From an uncultured Acidimicrobiales bacterium (GTDB lineage: Bacteria > Actinomycetota > Acidimicrobiia > Acidimicrobiales > CAVXTF01): DNA of 64,000 bases. Numbering within the stretch: the first letter of the stretch is position 1; the number at the start of each line of letters is the position of its first letter. Shown one piece after another: positions 20,720 to 30,469 of this stretch. The notes under the pieces are model-generated. The model did no database searches. It had not been told where the DNA came from and saw nothing but the letters and a program-made list of their open reading frames with translations. The stretch spans positions 1,410,265-1,474,264 of the forward strand of contig CAVXTF010000002.1 of the NCBI GenBank assembly GCA_963764615.1, read 5' to 3'. The position numbers and the translations under genes were made by a program.

Positions 20720-21502
20720 TCAGTGGCGGCGCAGCGCCGGGTGCTTCACGGCCACAGGCTTCGGTGGCCCGCCGACTTTTCCTGGCCCGGGTGACCTCGC
20801 CGCGAGGTAGCTCGCCAGGCGACGGTAGATGCCCTTGCCGACCATCTGCTCGAGCTCCGCACGGAGCTCCTTCCAGACCGGTCTCGTCCCAACGAAGGCC
20901 TCGGGTGCCTCGGTGCACCACCAATGGAACTCGTCGCCGCCCGGTCCCCAGTCGTGGCGGTCCCATTGGCGGATCGTCGAGGTCACCCATCCGTCGTCCG
21001 ACGTGGTGTCTTCGCGCCGCAAAGGAAGCTGCCAACAGACGTCTGGCTTGAGCTCGAGCGGGTTCTTTCCGCGCTCGAGAGCCGCCCGGTGAAGTGCGCA
21101 TCCTGGACCGCCGGGGAACCCCGGCCGGTTCAAGAAGATGCAGGCGCCGTCAACTGTCCGGGTGACGAGCTGCCCGTCCTTGCCGGTGCGGGCGAATCTC
21201 AAGTTTTTTTGCTTGGAGCGCGGCAGGGCCTTTCTGCGGTACTGCCACTGCTCGTCCGACAGCGTCGCTGCGGCAGCTGCGACCCGCTTTATGTCCGCCT
21301 TGCCTGTGAAATGGGCACCGTAGGAGCAACATCCCTGGACGAGCTCGGGAGCAGGCCCGGTAAGGACACCCTGGCATCCCCGCCCGAAGATGCACGTCCA
21401 GGCACTTTCGAGGAAAGTCACGTCGAAGACCCAGGTACGGTCCTCGCCGGGGTCAGGGAAGCTGAACCATTCGTGAGCACCTGATGCGACGGCGGAGGGC
21501 AC
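20720..21502 (-). CDS. Conserved actinobacterial Cys-rich protein (YkgJ/DUF3109-like metal-binding); start uncertain
   Basis: WTCIFGRGCQG, GCCSYGAH, CIFLN, GCALH, KPDVCWQLP, WWCTE. Confidence 0.75.
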   Translation of the reverse strand: MPSAVASGAHEWFSFPDPGEDRTWVFDVTFLESAWTCIFGRGCQGVLTGPAPELVQGCCSYGAHFTGKADIKRVAAAAATLSDEQWQYRRKALPRSKQKNLRFARTGKDGQLVTRTVDGACIFLNRPGFPGGPGCALHRAALERGKNPLELKPDVCWQLPLRREDTTSDDGWVTSTIRQWDRHDWGPGGDEFHWWCTEAPEAFVGTRPVWKELRAELEQMVGKGIYRRLASYLAARSPGPGKVGGPPKPVAVKHPALRRH

Positions 21503-21634
21503 GGGGCCCAAACGTAGCGGGGACCCGGGCGCAGGTGGCCGAACACTCGTGAAAGATGCGTTAACAGTCGAGTCGGAACCGACCGTGCAGGAGGTGGGAC
21601 CCGCGCTTCGTATGATGGTTGCGGAGGTGACGCC

Positions 21635-22303
21635 ATGTCCGACCCGATCTTTGAGGTCGATCCCCGAGACGAAGAGCTCTCCGACAGCTCGGCTGTCGTG
21701 GTGGAGATATCGCCCGCGGCACGTGACGTCGTGCTCGGAGCCCGCGCCGCGGAGAACGACCCTGAGCACTTGGCTCTGTGGATCGAGGTCACCGGCACGA
21801 ACGGGAGCGCCTACACCTACGACATCTACTTTCAGGCGATCTCTGACGCCGGGGAGCAGGACGCCTCGTATCACGTGAACGAGCTCGACGTGGTCGTCCC
21901 GGCCCAGAGCATCGAAATGTTGAGAGGTGCCCGCCTCGACTGGTCCGACGACGGTGACGGCGGACTGGTGATAGTGAACCCGAACACACCTCCTCGGAGC
22001 ACCGCCCCAGCCGCTACGGGAGACCTGTCGGGTGACCTCGCACAACGTGTCCTGGCCGTTCTCGACGAGCAGGTGAACCCTGCGATCGCGTCGCACGGCG
22101 GTCGGGCGGACCTGATGCGCATGGACGGTGACATCGCCGTGCTCAGCCTGAGCGGCGGATGCCAGGGATGCGGCATGGCGCGGGCCACCTTGTCGCAGGG
22201 CATCGAGGTGGCTCTCAAGGAGGCCATCCCCGAGTTGAAGGGCGTTGTCGACGTCACGGACCACGCCGGGGGCACGAACCCCTACTACGCCGCGGCGCAC
22301 TGA
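21635..22303 (+). CDS. nfuA: NfuA-type Fe-S biogenesis protein (degenerate A-type domain plus NifU domain)
   Basis: VNPAIASHGG, GGCQGC, TL.QGIE, DVTDH..GTNPYY. Confidence 0.88.
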   Translation: MSDPIFEVDPRDEELSDSSAVVVEISPAARDVVLGARAAENDPEHLALWIEVTGTNGSAYTYDIYFQAISDAGEQDASYHVNELDVVVPAQSIEMLRGARLDWSDDGDGGLVIVNPNTPPRSTAPAATGDLSGDLAQRVLAVLDEQVNPAIASHGGRADLMRMDGDIAVLSLSGGCQGCGMARATLSQGIEVALKEAIPELKGVVDVTDHAGGTNPYYAAAH

Positions 22304-22372
22304 CCCGCTGACGGTCCCTGACCTGCTCAAGATCCCTGGTCGTCGACGCATCGACCGGTAGCGTTCAAGGCC

Positions 22373-23170
22373 ATGGACCCGCTGCTGGTGGCGGGGTGCG
22401 CCGCCGGGGGTCTGTTGATTGGCGACGCCCTCGAGCCCCTGGCCGACCGTCTTCCGAAGAAACTGCCGCTCGACGCGCCGTGGTGGCGATGTCCGTCATG
22501 TGAGGCGCCGGACACCGGGCTCGGGCGGGTGCCGGTCCTGCGGGTGGCGTACCGGTTGCGCGTCTGCCCCAGGTGCGGCGCGGCGAGGAGCCATGCTGCT
22601 CGTCCTGCCGTGCAGGCGGTTCTGACGGCCGCCGTCCTCGCGGGTCTGGCGGTCCGTTTCGGCGCGACCGTAGGACTCGCGCCTTACGCAGTCGTCGGCA
22701 TCGCGCTGGTGGCAATATCGGTGATCGATGTGGAGAGTCACATGGTGCCGAACCGCATCCTGTATCCCGCGGGATTCCTGGCGGCACCGCTGCTGGTGGT
22801 CACCGCGGCCGTGGAGAACAGGTGGGGGTCTCTCTGGCACGCTGCCGCATCTGCCACCATCGGGTTCGTCGCACTGTTCCTTGTCCATTTCGCGTACCCG
22901 AAGGGCATGGGATTCGGCGATGTCCGTCTCGCTGCACTCGTGGGAGGGGCTGCAGGATGGATGGGGTTCAGGGCGGCGTTCCTCGCGTTCTTCTTGATGT
23001 TCCTGTTCGGCTCGATCGGAGGGATCATCCAACTGGCCGTCACCGGAGGGGGCAGGCGCACCGCTATCGGCTTTGCGCCTTACATGGCCCTCGGCACGCT
23101 CACCGTGGTGATATTCACCATGCCCCTGTTCCGCCTGCTGCACCCCTTCCTCTATGGAGCAGGTTCGTGA
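22373..23170 (+). CDS. Prepilin peptidase (A24 family)
   Basis: Two CxxC motifs, multiple TM segments, GMGFGDVRL, FAPY. Confidence 0.9.
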   Translation: MDPLLVAGCAAGGLLIGDALEPLADRLPKKLPLDAPWWRCPSCEAPDTGLGRVPVLRVAYRLRVCPRCGAARSHAARPAVQAVLTAAVLAGLAVRFGATVGLAPYAVVGIALVAISVIDVESHMVPNRILYPAGFLAAPLLVVTAAVENRWGSLWHAAASATIGFVALFLVHFAYPKGMGFGDVRLAALVGGAAGWMGFRAAFLAFFLMFLFGSIGGIIQLAVTGGGRRTAIGFAPYMALGTLTVVIFTMPLFRLLHPFLYGAGS

Positions 23171-23219
23171 GCAGCTGGGATCGAAGAGCCGAACGGTCCC
23201 ACCGGTAGATTTGGCGCCG

Positions 23220-24437
23220 GTGCTGCGCTACCTGACCGCCGGCGAGTCCCATGGGCGTGCCCTGGTCGTGATCGTCGAGGGCCTTCCCGCCGGGCTCCCG
23301 GTCACCATCGAGGAGGTCCAAGGGGAGCTTGCGAGGCGACGTCTCGGCTTCGGCCGGGGACCGCGGATGCGATTCGAGGCCGACGAGGTCACCCTTCTCG
23401 GGGGCATACGTCACGGCAGGACCCTCGGATCCCCCGTTGCGATCGAGATCGCGAACACCGAGTGGCCCAAGTGGGAAGAGGAGATGTCGCCGCACCCCGG
23501 AGCGACAGATCGCGCTCTCACCGCCCCCCGCCCTGGACACGCCGATCTTCCCGGCATGCAGAAGTACGGATTCGACGACGCGCGTGACGTTCTAGAAAGG
23601 GCCTCTGCACGCGAGACGGCCGCCAGGGTGGCCGCAGGGTGCCTAGCGAAGGGGCTCCTGTCCCACCTCGGGTTGACGGTGGTGAGCCACGTGATCGCGC
23701 TCGGAAGCGTCAGGTCGGAAGGTTCGGACCGCCCCGGGGCGGCGGACCTCGACCAGGTGGACGCGTCGCCGGTGCGCTCGTTCGACCCCGTCGCCGAGGC
23801 GCGCATGGTCGCGGCCATCAAGGCAGCGGCGAAAGACGGTGACTCCCTAGGCGGAGTAGTGGAGGTGCTCGCTTACGGCGTCCCGGTCGGTCTCGGCAGC
23901 CACGTTCACTGGGACCGCAAGCTCGACGGCCTGCTCGCGCAGGCTCTGATGAGCATCCACGCGGTGAAGGCGGTCGAGATCGGCGAAGGCGCCGAGATGT
24001 CGGCGCGTCGGGGGTCGGAAGCTCACGATGCCATCGAGTGGGACGCGGACCTCGAGCTCTACTCGAGGCAGACAGCGCGGGCGGGAGGGATCGAGGGCGG
24101 AATGTCCAACGGCGGCCTTCTGGTCACAAGGCTCTCGATGAAGCCGCTCGCCACGTTGAACAGGCCGGTGCTCGGGACCGTTGACGTCGTCACCAAGGAG
24201 TCCAAGGTCTCGTTCAAAGAGCGCACCGACGTGACCGCGGTCCCGGCGATGGGGGTGGTGGCAGAGACCATGGTGGCGCTCGTGCTCGCTTCTGAGGTCC
24301 TGCGGAAGTTCGGTGGTGACTCGCTCGCAGAGGTGGTGCGCAATCACGGCTCCTACCTCGAGCACCTGCACGAAACGCCGTCTGCGTCCCCCCGGACGGA
24401 CGGAGACGGGGGAGCTAGTGCCGAATCCGGCGGATGA
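23220..24437 (+). CDS. aroC: Chorismate synthase
   Basis: TAGESHG, RPGHAD, ERASARET, GGIEGG. Confidence 0.97.
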   Translation: MLRYLTAGESHGRALVVIVEGLPAGLPVTIEEVQGELARRRLGFGRGPRMRFEADEVTLLGGIRHGRTLGSPVAIEIANTEWPKWEEEMSPHPGATDRALTAPRPGHADLPGMQKYGFDDARDVLERASARETAARVAAGCLAKGLLSHLGLTVVSHVIALGSVRSEGSDRPGAADLDQVDASPVRSFDPVAEARMVAAIKAAAKDGDSLGGVVEVLAYGVPVGLGSHVHWDRKLDGLLAQALMSIHAVKAVEIGEGAEMSARRGSEAHDAIEWDADLELYSRQTARAGGIEGGMSNGGLLVTRLSMKPLATLNRPVLGTVDVVTKESKVSFKERTDVTAVPAMGVVAETMVALVLASEVLRKFGGDSLAEVVRNHGSYLEHLHETPSASPRTDGDGGASAESGG

Positions 24438-24975
24438 CGACCTGCGAGAGCCTCCCCGCCTCGTGCTCGTCGGGATGATGGGCGCGGGCAAGACGACGGT
24501 CGGCCGCCTCGTCGCTTCCCGGCTCGGCGTGTCGTTCGCAGACTGCGACGAGCAGATCGAGGCCCGTACCGGGCTCAGTGTCCAGGATCTTTTCAGTGCC
24601 AAAGACGAGCCGGCGTTCCGGCGCGAGGAAAGCGAGGTTCTCGCCTCGTTGCTCGAGCCGGGAGGCCCCGGTGTCATCGCGGCCGGGGGAGGGGCGGTGC
24701 TCGACGAGGTCAACCGATCCAGGATGCGACGTGACGCGACCGTCGCCTGGCTCCGCACGACCGTGGGCACCCTCACCGACAGGGTCGGCACAGGCGAGGG
24801 CCGCCCGTTGCTTGCCGGAGCAGCCGCAGCCAGGCTGGAAGAGATCGGACAGACTCGCGAAGAGCTCTACGAAACGGTCTCCGATTTCGTGGTCGACACA
24901 GACGACCTGTCGCCGGACATGGTCGCTGACGCCGTCGTCGCCGCGCTCGTCGATCTGTCCAGCCGGCGATCGTGA
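24418..24975 (+). CDS. aroK: Shikimate kinase
   Basis: GMMGAGKTT, FRREE, GGGAV, RPLL. Confidence 0.95.
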   Translation: MPNPADDDLREPPRLVLVGMMGAGKTTVGRLVASRLGVSFADCDEQIEARTGLSVQDLFSAKDEPAFRREESEVLASLLEPGGPGVIAAGGGAVLDEVNRSRMRRDATVAWLRTTVGTLTDRVGTGEGRPLLAGAAAARLEEIGQTREELYETVSDFVVDTDDLSPDMVADAVVAALVDLSSRRS

Positions 24976-26010
24976 TCCGTATCCCAGTCGATCTCGGGTC
25001 GCGCAGCTACGAGGTGCTCGTCGGTGCGGGCGCGGTCGACTCGCTCGCAGCGTCGTTGCCGGCCACGGCCAGGAAGGCCGTGGTTGTGACCCAGGCAGCG
25101 GTCGGCGTGCGAGTGGACCCGGGTGTGCCTTTTGCGACAGTCGTCATCCCCGACGGGGAGAAGGCGAAGTCGCTCGCGAATGTCGAAGAGCTTTGCAGGG
25201 CCTTCGCCCGCGAGTCGTTGTCGGGATCGGACGTTGTGGTCGCTGTCGGCGGGGGATCCACCAGCGACGTGGCCGGTCTAGCAGCCGCGCTGTACCACCG
25301 CGGAGTGGCCTACGTGAATGTGGCGACGACGCTTCTCGCACAGGTGGACGCCGCCATCGGGGGGAAGACCGGAGTCAACCTGCCCGAGGGGAAGAATCTC
25401 GCCGGCGCGTTCTGGCAACCTTCGTCGGTGATCTGTGACACCGACACCCTCGCCTCGCTCGACCCTCGCGAGATGTCGTCGGGGCGTGGCGAGATGGCCA
25501 AGTACGCCTTCTTGGGAGACGACCCTCCCGGGACCGATCTGCTCTCTCTGGCGATCGACGAGCAGGTAGCGCGTTGCGTGGCGCTGAAAGTCGCCGTGGT
25601 GACGCAGGACGAGCGTGAGGATGGCCGCAGGGCGATCCTCAACTACGGCCATACGCTCGCACACGCCTTGGAGGCCGCAGCCTTCGCGCCGGGTCGCAGA
25701 TGGGACCTGAAGCACGGCGAGGCCGTCGCCATAGGCCTAGTGTTCGCCGCCGAGCTCGCCCGCGGATTCGGGCCGCATCGACGAAGCGCGCGTCGAGCTG
25801 CATCGCGAGGTCGTGAGCGGCTTCGGCCTGTCGTACGAAATGCCCCCCGGCGCGTCTGCGGCCGAGCTCGTGGAGCTCATGTCGCGTGACAAGAAGGCAC
25901 GTGGAGACCTGACGTTCGTGCTCGACGGGCCGCGGGGGGTCGAGAAGGTGACGGGCGTCGCAGCCGCAGAAGTCACAGATACCCTGGTCGCCATGGGCTG
26001 CGAGCGATGA
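24972..26010 (+). CDS. aroB: 3-dehydroquinate synthase; frameshift near 25765
   Basis: DGEKAK, TTLLAQVDAAIGGKTG, LNYGHT, HGEAV; the DKK C-terminus lies in ORF 25813..26010. Confidence 0.93.
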
Positions 26011-26543
26011 CCGTTCAAGCGGGTGCACCCGTAGTGGTGCTCCTGTCCGGGCCGAACCTGGACCTCCTCGGCGATCGCGAGCCGGAGATCTACGGGTACC
26101 AGCAGCTGGCTGACCATGTGGCGGAGGCGGTGGACGAGGGCAGGCGACTCGGCCTGGCGGTCGAGCACCACCAGTCGAACAACGAGGGGGCGCTCATCGA
26201 GGAGGTCCACCGGGCCCGCAAGAGGGCGAGCGCCCTGGTCGTGAACGCGGGCGCTCTCTCGCACTCGTCGTGGGCCTTGCACGACGCTCTCTCCTCGTTC
26301 GAAGGTGTCGTCGTCGAGCTGCATCTGAGCAACCCCGCCGCTCGCGAGCCGTACCGTCACACCTCTGTTCTCGCGGACGCGACCGACGGGATGATCTGTG
26401 GATTCGGCGGGCTCGGGTACCGGCTCGCGGTGAACGCGGTGGGCCGGCTTCTTGGTCTGGCCACGGCGCGAAAAGGGGTCGACGCGCGAAACGTGGTTCC
26501 TCCGGCCGCCGATTCGGTTCCCCGTCCTGAGGGCTGGACGTGA
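26007..26543 (+). CDS. aroQ: Type II 3-dehydroquinate dehydratase
   Basis: GPNLDLLGDREPEIYG, QSNNEG, ELHLSN. Confidence 0.95.
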   Translation: MTVQAGAPVVVLLSGPNLDLLGDREPEIYGYQQLADHVAEAVDEGRRLGLAVEHHQSNNEGALIEEVHRARKRASALVVNAGALSHSSWALHDALSSFEGVVVELHLSNPAAREPYRHTSVLADATDGMICGFGGLGYRLAVNAVGRLLGLATARKGVDARNVVPPAADSVPRPEGWT

Positions 26544-27656
26544 CCGTCGCTGGCAGGATCACCTCCCTGCGAGAACGCCTCGTGGCTGAAGAGCTCGACT
26601 GCCTTCTCGTGGTGGCGATGACGAACGTCAGGTACCTGACGGGTTTCACGGGATCGGCCGGGCAGCTCGTCGTCTCTCGCGATGCCGCGATTCTCTGCAC
26701 CGACGGCCGGTACAGGACGCAGGCGCAGGAGCAGCTCGACACGGCAGGGCTCAAGGGATCGGTGGTTCTGGTCGTCGGCCGGCTTCCCGAGCAGACCGAA
26801 GTCGTGGTCGGCTTCGTGCGCGACAACGTCGGCGAGCCCAAGGGCCGTGTAGGGCTCGAAGCCGATCATGTGGTCTGGGCGGCGGAGCGGAGATGGTCCG
26901 CTCTACTTGACCCGGCCGAATTGGTCGCGACGAGCGGCGTGGTCGAGGCGCTGCGCGAGGTGAAGGACGATGGCGAGATCGCGCGAATCGGCGCAGCGGC
27001 TGCGATCGCCGATGCGGCACTGTCGGAGGTGGCGCCGATGCTCGAACGCGGCATCACCGAGTCCGAGTTCGCCCTCGCGCTCGACGTTGCCATGCGCCGG
27101 CTAGGCGCCGAGGACCGGGCGTTCGAGACGATCGTGGCTTCCGGGCCCAACTCCGCCAAGCCCCATGCCGCGTCCTGGCGATCGCCGGATGACGCAGGGC
27201 GACCCGGTGGTGGTGGATTTCGGGGCTGTGGTCGACGGCTACAAGTCGGACATGACGCGGACGTTCTTCGTCGGGGGGACACCGAGCGCTCGGATGCTCG
27301 AGGTCTACGAAGCCGTCCTCGAATCGCAACGCGCCGGCGTCGCCGCTGTCGTCCCAGGCATCACCGGAGGAGAGGTGGACGACGTGTGCCGGCGCAGCCT
27401 GACCGCTGCCGGGTTCGAGAAAGCCTTCGAGCACGGAACCGGCCACGGCGTCGGGCTCGACATTCACGAGGCACCATCGGTGGGCCCTGGTAGCACTGGT
27501 ATCCTCACCGCCGGAACCGTCGCGACCGTGGAGCCGGGCGCATACCTGGCAGGGCTCGGCGGAGTGCGGATCGAAGACACAGTCGTCGTCACGGCTGACG
27601 GATGCCGCCCGCTCACGTCTTTCACCAAAGAATTCGCCGTGACGGGAGCAGCCTGA
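26540..27656 (+). CDS. Xaa-Pro peptidase (M24 family); frameshift near 27170
   Basis: YLTGFTGS, TDGRY; SDMTRT, HGTGHGVG, EPG and GVRIED in the second frame; aroQ-pepP-efp synteny. Confidence 0.93.
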
Positions 27657-27737
27657 ATCCGATGACCCTGATCCCATGACCTGAATCCGATGACCCCGAC
27701 TCTCATGACCCCGACTCTCATGACACAGGACGCCTGA
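27652..27737 (+). repeat. ATGA-containing tandem repeats (14/28- and 15-nt periods) encoding short uORFs
   Basis: CCTGAATCCGATGACCC at 27652 and 27680; ATGA at 27662, 27676, 27690, 27705 and 27720. Confidence 0.85.
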
Positions 27738-28297
27738 TGGCAATCACGACCAACGACCTGCGAAACGGCATGACCCTCGACCTGCCGGAGGGTTTGTTCA
27801 GCGTGGTCGAGTTCCAGCACGTCAAGCCCGGAAAGGGTGGAGCGTTCGTCCGCACGAAGTTGAAGAACGTGCGTACCGGTGCGGTGATCGAGAGGACCTT
27901 CCGCGCCGACGAGCGGGTCGAGCAGGCCATCGTCGAGAAGCGCGAGATGCAGTTCCTCTATCGCGACTCGAACGAGTACGTATTCATGGACTCGGTCTCG
28001 TACGACCAACTGCAGGTCAGTCAGGAGGCCCTCGGAGATGCGGCCAACTACCTGAAGGAGTCCGACAGCGCAGTGTTGCAGATGTTCGGGAACGAGATCG
28101 TTGGCGTCGACCTTCCGGCAGCGGTGGAGCTGACCGTCTCCGCAACGGACCCGGGCGTGCAGGGCGACCGGGTGTCCGGGGCGCGCAAGCCCGCGACGCT
28201 CGAGACCGGATTGGTTCTGCAGGTGCCCCTGTTCGTGAACACCGGCGACAGGATCAAAGTAGACACCCGTTCGGGCGAGTACATCACCAGGGCGTGA
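27737..28297 (+). CDS. efp: Elongation factor P
   Basis: HVKPGKGGAF, PGVQGD, KPATLETG. Confidence 0.98.
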   Translation: MAITTNDLRNGMTLDLPEGLFSVVEFQHVKPGKGGAFVRTKLKNVRTGAVIERTFRADERVEQAIVEKREMQFLYRDSNEYVFMDSVSYDQLQVSQEALGDAANYLKESDSAVLQMFGNEIVGVDLPAAVELTVSATDPGVQGDRVSGARKPATLETGLVLQVPLFVNTGDRIKVDTRSGEYITRA

Positions 28298-28716
28298 GCC
28301 CGGGCCGGCGCGAGGGCCCGCGCAGCCTCGCTCGCGAGCGTGCCCTCGGACTGCTCTACGAAGCGGCGTTGAAGTCCGTCACCCCGGGGAGGGTTCTCGC
28401 AGATCTGGTCGCACCTCCCGACCCTTTCACCGAGGCACTTGTTGGTGCGGTGGAGCGCAACGGCGCGCGGATCGACGCTCTGATCGCCGCCGCGTCCGTC
28501 GACTGGGAGCTTTCGAGGATGCCGGTCGTGGATCTGTCCGTCCTGCGGATGGCTGTGGCGGAGCTCATCGGTTGGCCCGAGACCCCGGCGGCAGTCGTGT
28601 TGGACGAGGCGGTCGAGCTGGCCAAGCAGTACTCGACCGAGGAGTCAGGACGCTTCGTGAACGGGGTCCTCGCCACGGTCGCGGCCGAGTTGAGGCCCGG
28701 CTTCGAAGATGCGTGA
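28294..28716 (+). CDS. nusB: Transcription antitermination factor NusB
   Basis: ARERAL, EAVELAK.YS, FVNGVL. Confidence 0.95.
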   Translation: MSPGRREGPRSLARERALGLLYEAALKSVTPGRVLADLVAPPDPFTEALVGAVERNGARIDALIAAASVDWELSRMPVVDLSVLRMAVAELIGWPETPAAVVLDEAVELAKQYSTEESGRFVNGVLATVAAELRPGFEDA

Positions 28717-28754
28717 CCCCCTGGTCCGTGCGCCGGGCGCGATGCTCTTCGGTG

Positions 28755-29513
28755 ATGCCTGAAGGGCAACCCCTGCACTCTGAGTACGAAGTCATCGGGC
28801 GCATGTACTCGCGCCACAGGCGAGCCGACCCCCGGATAGCCGCCCAGATCGAAGCAGCTCTCGGCGATGCGAGGACCGTCCTCGACGTGGGAGCAGGAAC
28901 CGGCTCCTACGAGCCTCGGGACCGCATCGTGGTCGCCTGCGACCCGTCCTCGGTGATGATCTCGCAGAGGTCACCGGGATCCGCCCCTGCGGTCCGGTCC
29001 GTGGCAGAGGCCCTTCCTTTCGCCTCGGGCGCCTTCGACGCGGTTCTTGCGGTCCTCACGCTTCACCACTGGAGTGCACCGCGCATCGGGCTCCGCGAGC
29101 TGGCCAGGGTCGCGAGAAGGGTCGTCGTGCTTCATTTCGACCCGGACGTGCACAGCCGGTACTGGCTCTTCGACGACTACCTGCCCGAGTGCAACGAGCT
29201 CAGGTCGGCGCGACTTCTCACCCCGGAGCAGGTGGCGCGCGAGATAGGAGCGACGCGCACGGAGACCGTTCCGGTGCCCGGCGACTGCATCGACGGATTC
29301 AACTGGGCCTACTGGAAGCGTCCCGAGCGGTACCTCGACGCCGAGACGCGGGCCTGCATCTCGAACCTGGCGTTGCTCGCCGACGACATGGTCGCGGACC
29401 GCATGCAACGGCTCAGGGCCGACCTTGCTGACGGAGCTTGGCGGCGGCGTCACGGGCATCTACTGGTCCTCGACTCGATAGACGGCGGGTTGAGGCTCGT
29501 CATACGCGAGTGA
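28755..29513 (+). CDS. Class I SAM-dependent methyltransferase
   Basis: VLDVGAGTG, AEALPF..GAFD, LTLHHW. Confidence 0.9.
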   Translation: MPEGQPLHSEYEVIGRMYSRHRRADPRIAAQIEAALGDARTVLDVGAGTGSYEPRDRIVVACDPSSVMISQRSPGSAPAVRSVAEALPFASGAFDAVLAVLTLHHWSAPRIGLRELARVARRVVVLHFDPDVHSRYWLFDDYLPECNELRSARLLTPEQVAREIGATRTETVPVPGDCIDGFNWAYWKRPERYLDAETRACISNLALLADDMVADRMQRLRADLADGAWRRRHGHLLVLDSIDGGLRLVIRE

Positions 29514-30208
29514 GCAGTTCGGTCGCGGCGACATCCCCCGTCGCCTACGGCGTGACGGTGGCGGTGGCCGCCGTGATCTGCGCCGTGTCGTGCGCGGCTG
29601 CGCGCCTGCGGCCCGGCGGATGGAGGAAGTGGGTCGCAGCTGCAGTCGGCGTGGTGCTGTTGGCGGACATGGTCAGCTACGTCGTAGCAGAGGTCCTGGC
29701 CGGGACCTGGTACGCGAAGACGTCCCTACCGCTCGCACTCTGCGACGTTGGAGTCGTGGTGGCTGCCGTCGCATGCATCTGGTCGGTTCCGCTCCTGGTG
29801 GAGCTCACATATTTCTGGGGACTGGCGGGGACTTTGCAGGCGGTCGCGTTCCCTGACCTGTCGAGCTCGTTTCCCCATCTGGCGTGGTTCCAGTACACCG
29901 CAGGTCATCTGGGGATCGTGTTCGCTGCGCTGTTCCTCGTCGTCGGCATGGGTCTGAAACCCCGGCAGGGCGCGATCGTCCGGGTGTTTTCGATCACGAT
30001 CGGCTACACGGCCTTCGTCGGCATCGTGGACTGGCTGAGCGGCGCCAACTACATGTTCCTGCGCCAGCCGCCCTCCGAATGGACGTTGTTGAAGGTCCTC
30101 GGACCGTGGCCGTGGTACATAGCAAGTGCTACGGGAGTCGCCGTCGTCCTCATCACGCTGCTCGACATGCCTTTCTGGCACTCGCGCCATGCCGCTCCGA
30201 CCGGTTGA
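29510..30208 (+). CDS. TIGR02206/YwaF family membrane protein
   Basis: LPLALCD, YFWG..GTLQA, ANYMFL, LGPWPWY. Confidence 0.88.
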   Translation: MSSSVAATSPVAYGVTVAVAAVICAVSCAAARLRPGGWRKWVAAAVGVVLLADMVSYVVAEVLAGTWYAKTSLPLALCDVGVVVAAVACIWSVPLLVELTYFWGLAGTLQAVAFPDLSSSFPHLAWFQYTAGHLGIVFAALFLVVGMGLKPRQGAIVRVFSITIGYTAFVGIVDWLSGANYMFLRQPPSEWTLLKVLGPWPWYIASATGVAVVLITLLDMPFWHSRHAAPTG

Positions 30209-30273
30209 AGCCCCGGTCCAATGGTTCGTTGTGTTGTTGCGCCTTGGCGGAGACCGACCTTCCGCCCCGTTTT

Positions 30274-30360
30274 CAATTTGACGTTTTTGATACTTCTCTG
30301 TGTATAACGCCGTGTATCAAAAACGCCGAAATTTGATCGGCAGACAGGCCCTGTGGATAT
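30274..30360. repeat. AT-rich palindromic dispersed element, copy 1
   Basis: Perfect 12-bp inverted repeat 30282-30293/30314-30325; GCCGA/TCGGC hairpin; similar to 60241-60316. Confidence 0.7.
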
Positions 30361-30426
30361 CGGTCATGGCGGGAACGGCGCGCGCCGGCACAAGACGATC
30401 ACAAGACTGGTAGCATCGGCTCCCGA

Positions 30427-30457
30427 CCGTGAAGCGGGTCCAGAGAGGCCCGCACGG
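30427..30457 (+). promoter_or_regulatory. PyrR-binding RNA stem-loop
   Basis: GTCCAGAGAGGC consensus enclosed by stems GCGGG/CCCGC and CCGTG/CACGG, immediately before the pyrR SD. Confidence 0.85.
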
Positions 30458-30469
30458 AGAGGAACCTGA

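Noticed and set aside
20720..22351. 543-aa version of the Cys-rich ORF
   Set aside because: Its N-terminal half is antisense to nfuA; the real protein starts near 21502
22373..23170. Prepilin peptidase as evidence of a pilus or secretion locus
   Set aside because: A lone A24 peptidase upstream of aroC is a common actinobacterial arrangement, and there are no pilin or ATPase genes nearby
30274..30360. Integron attC site
   Set aside because: No paired RYYYAAC...GTTRRRY ends and no integrase in the window
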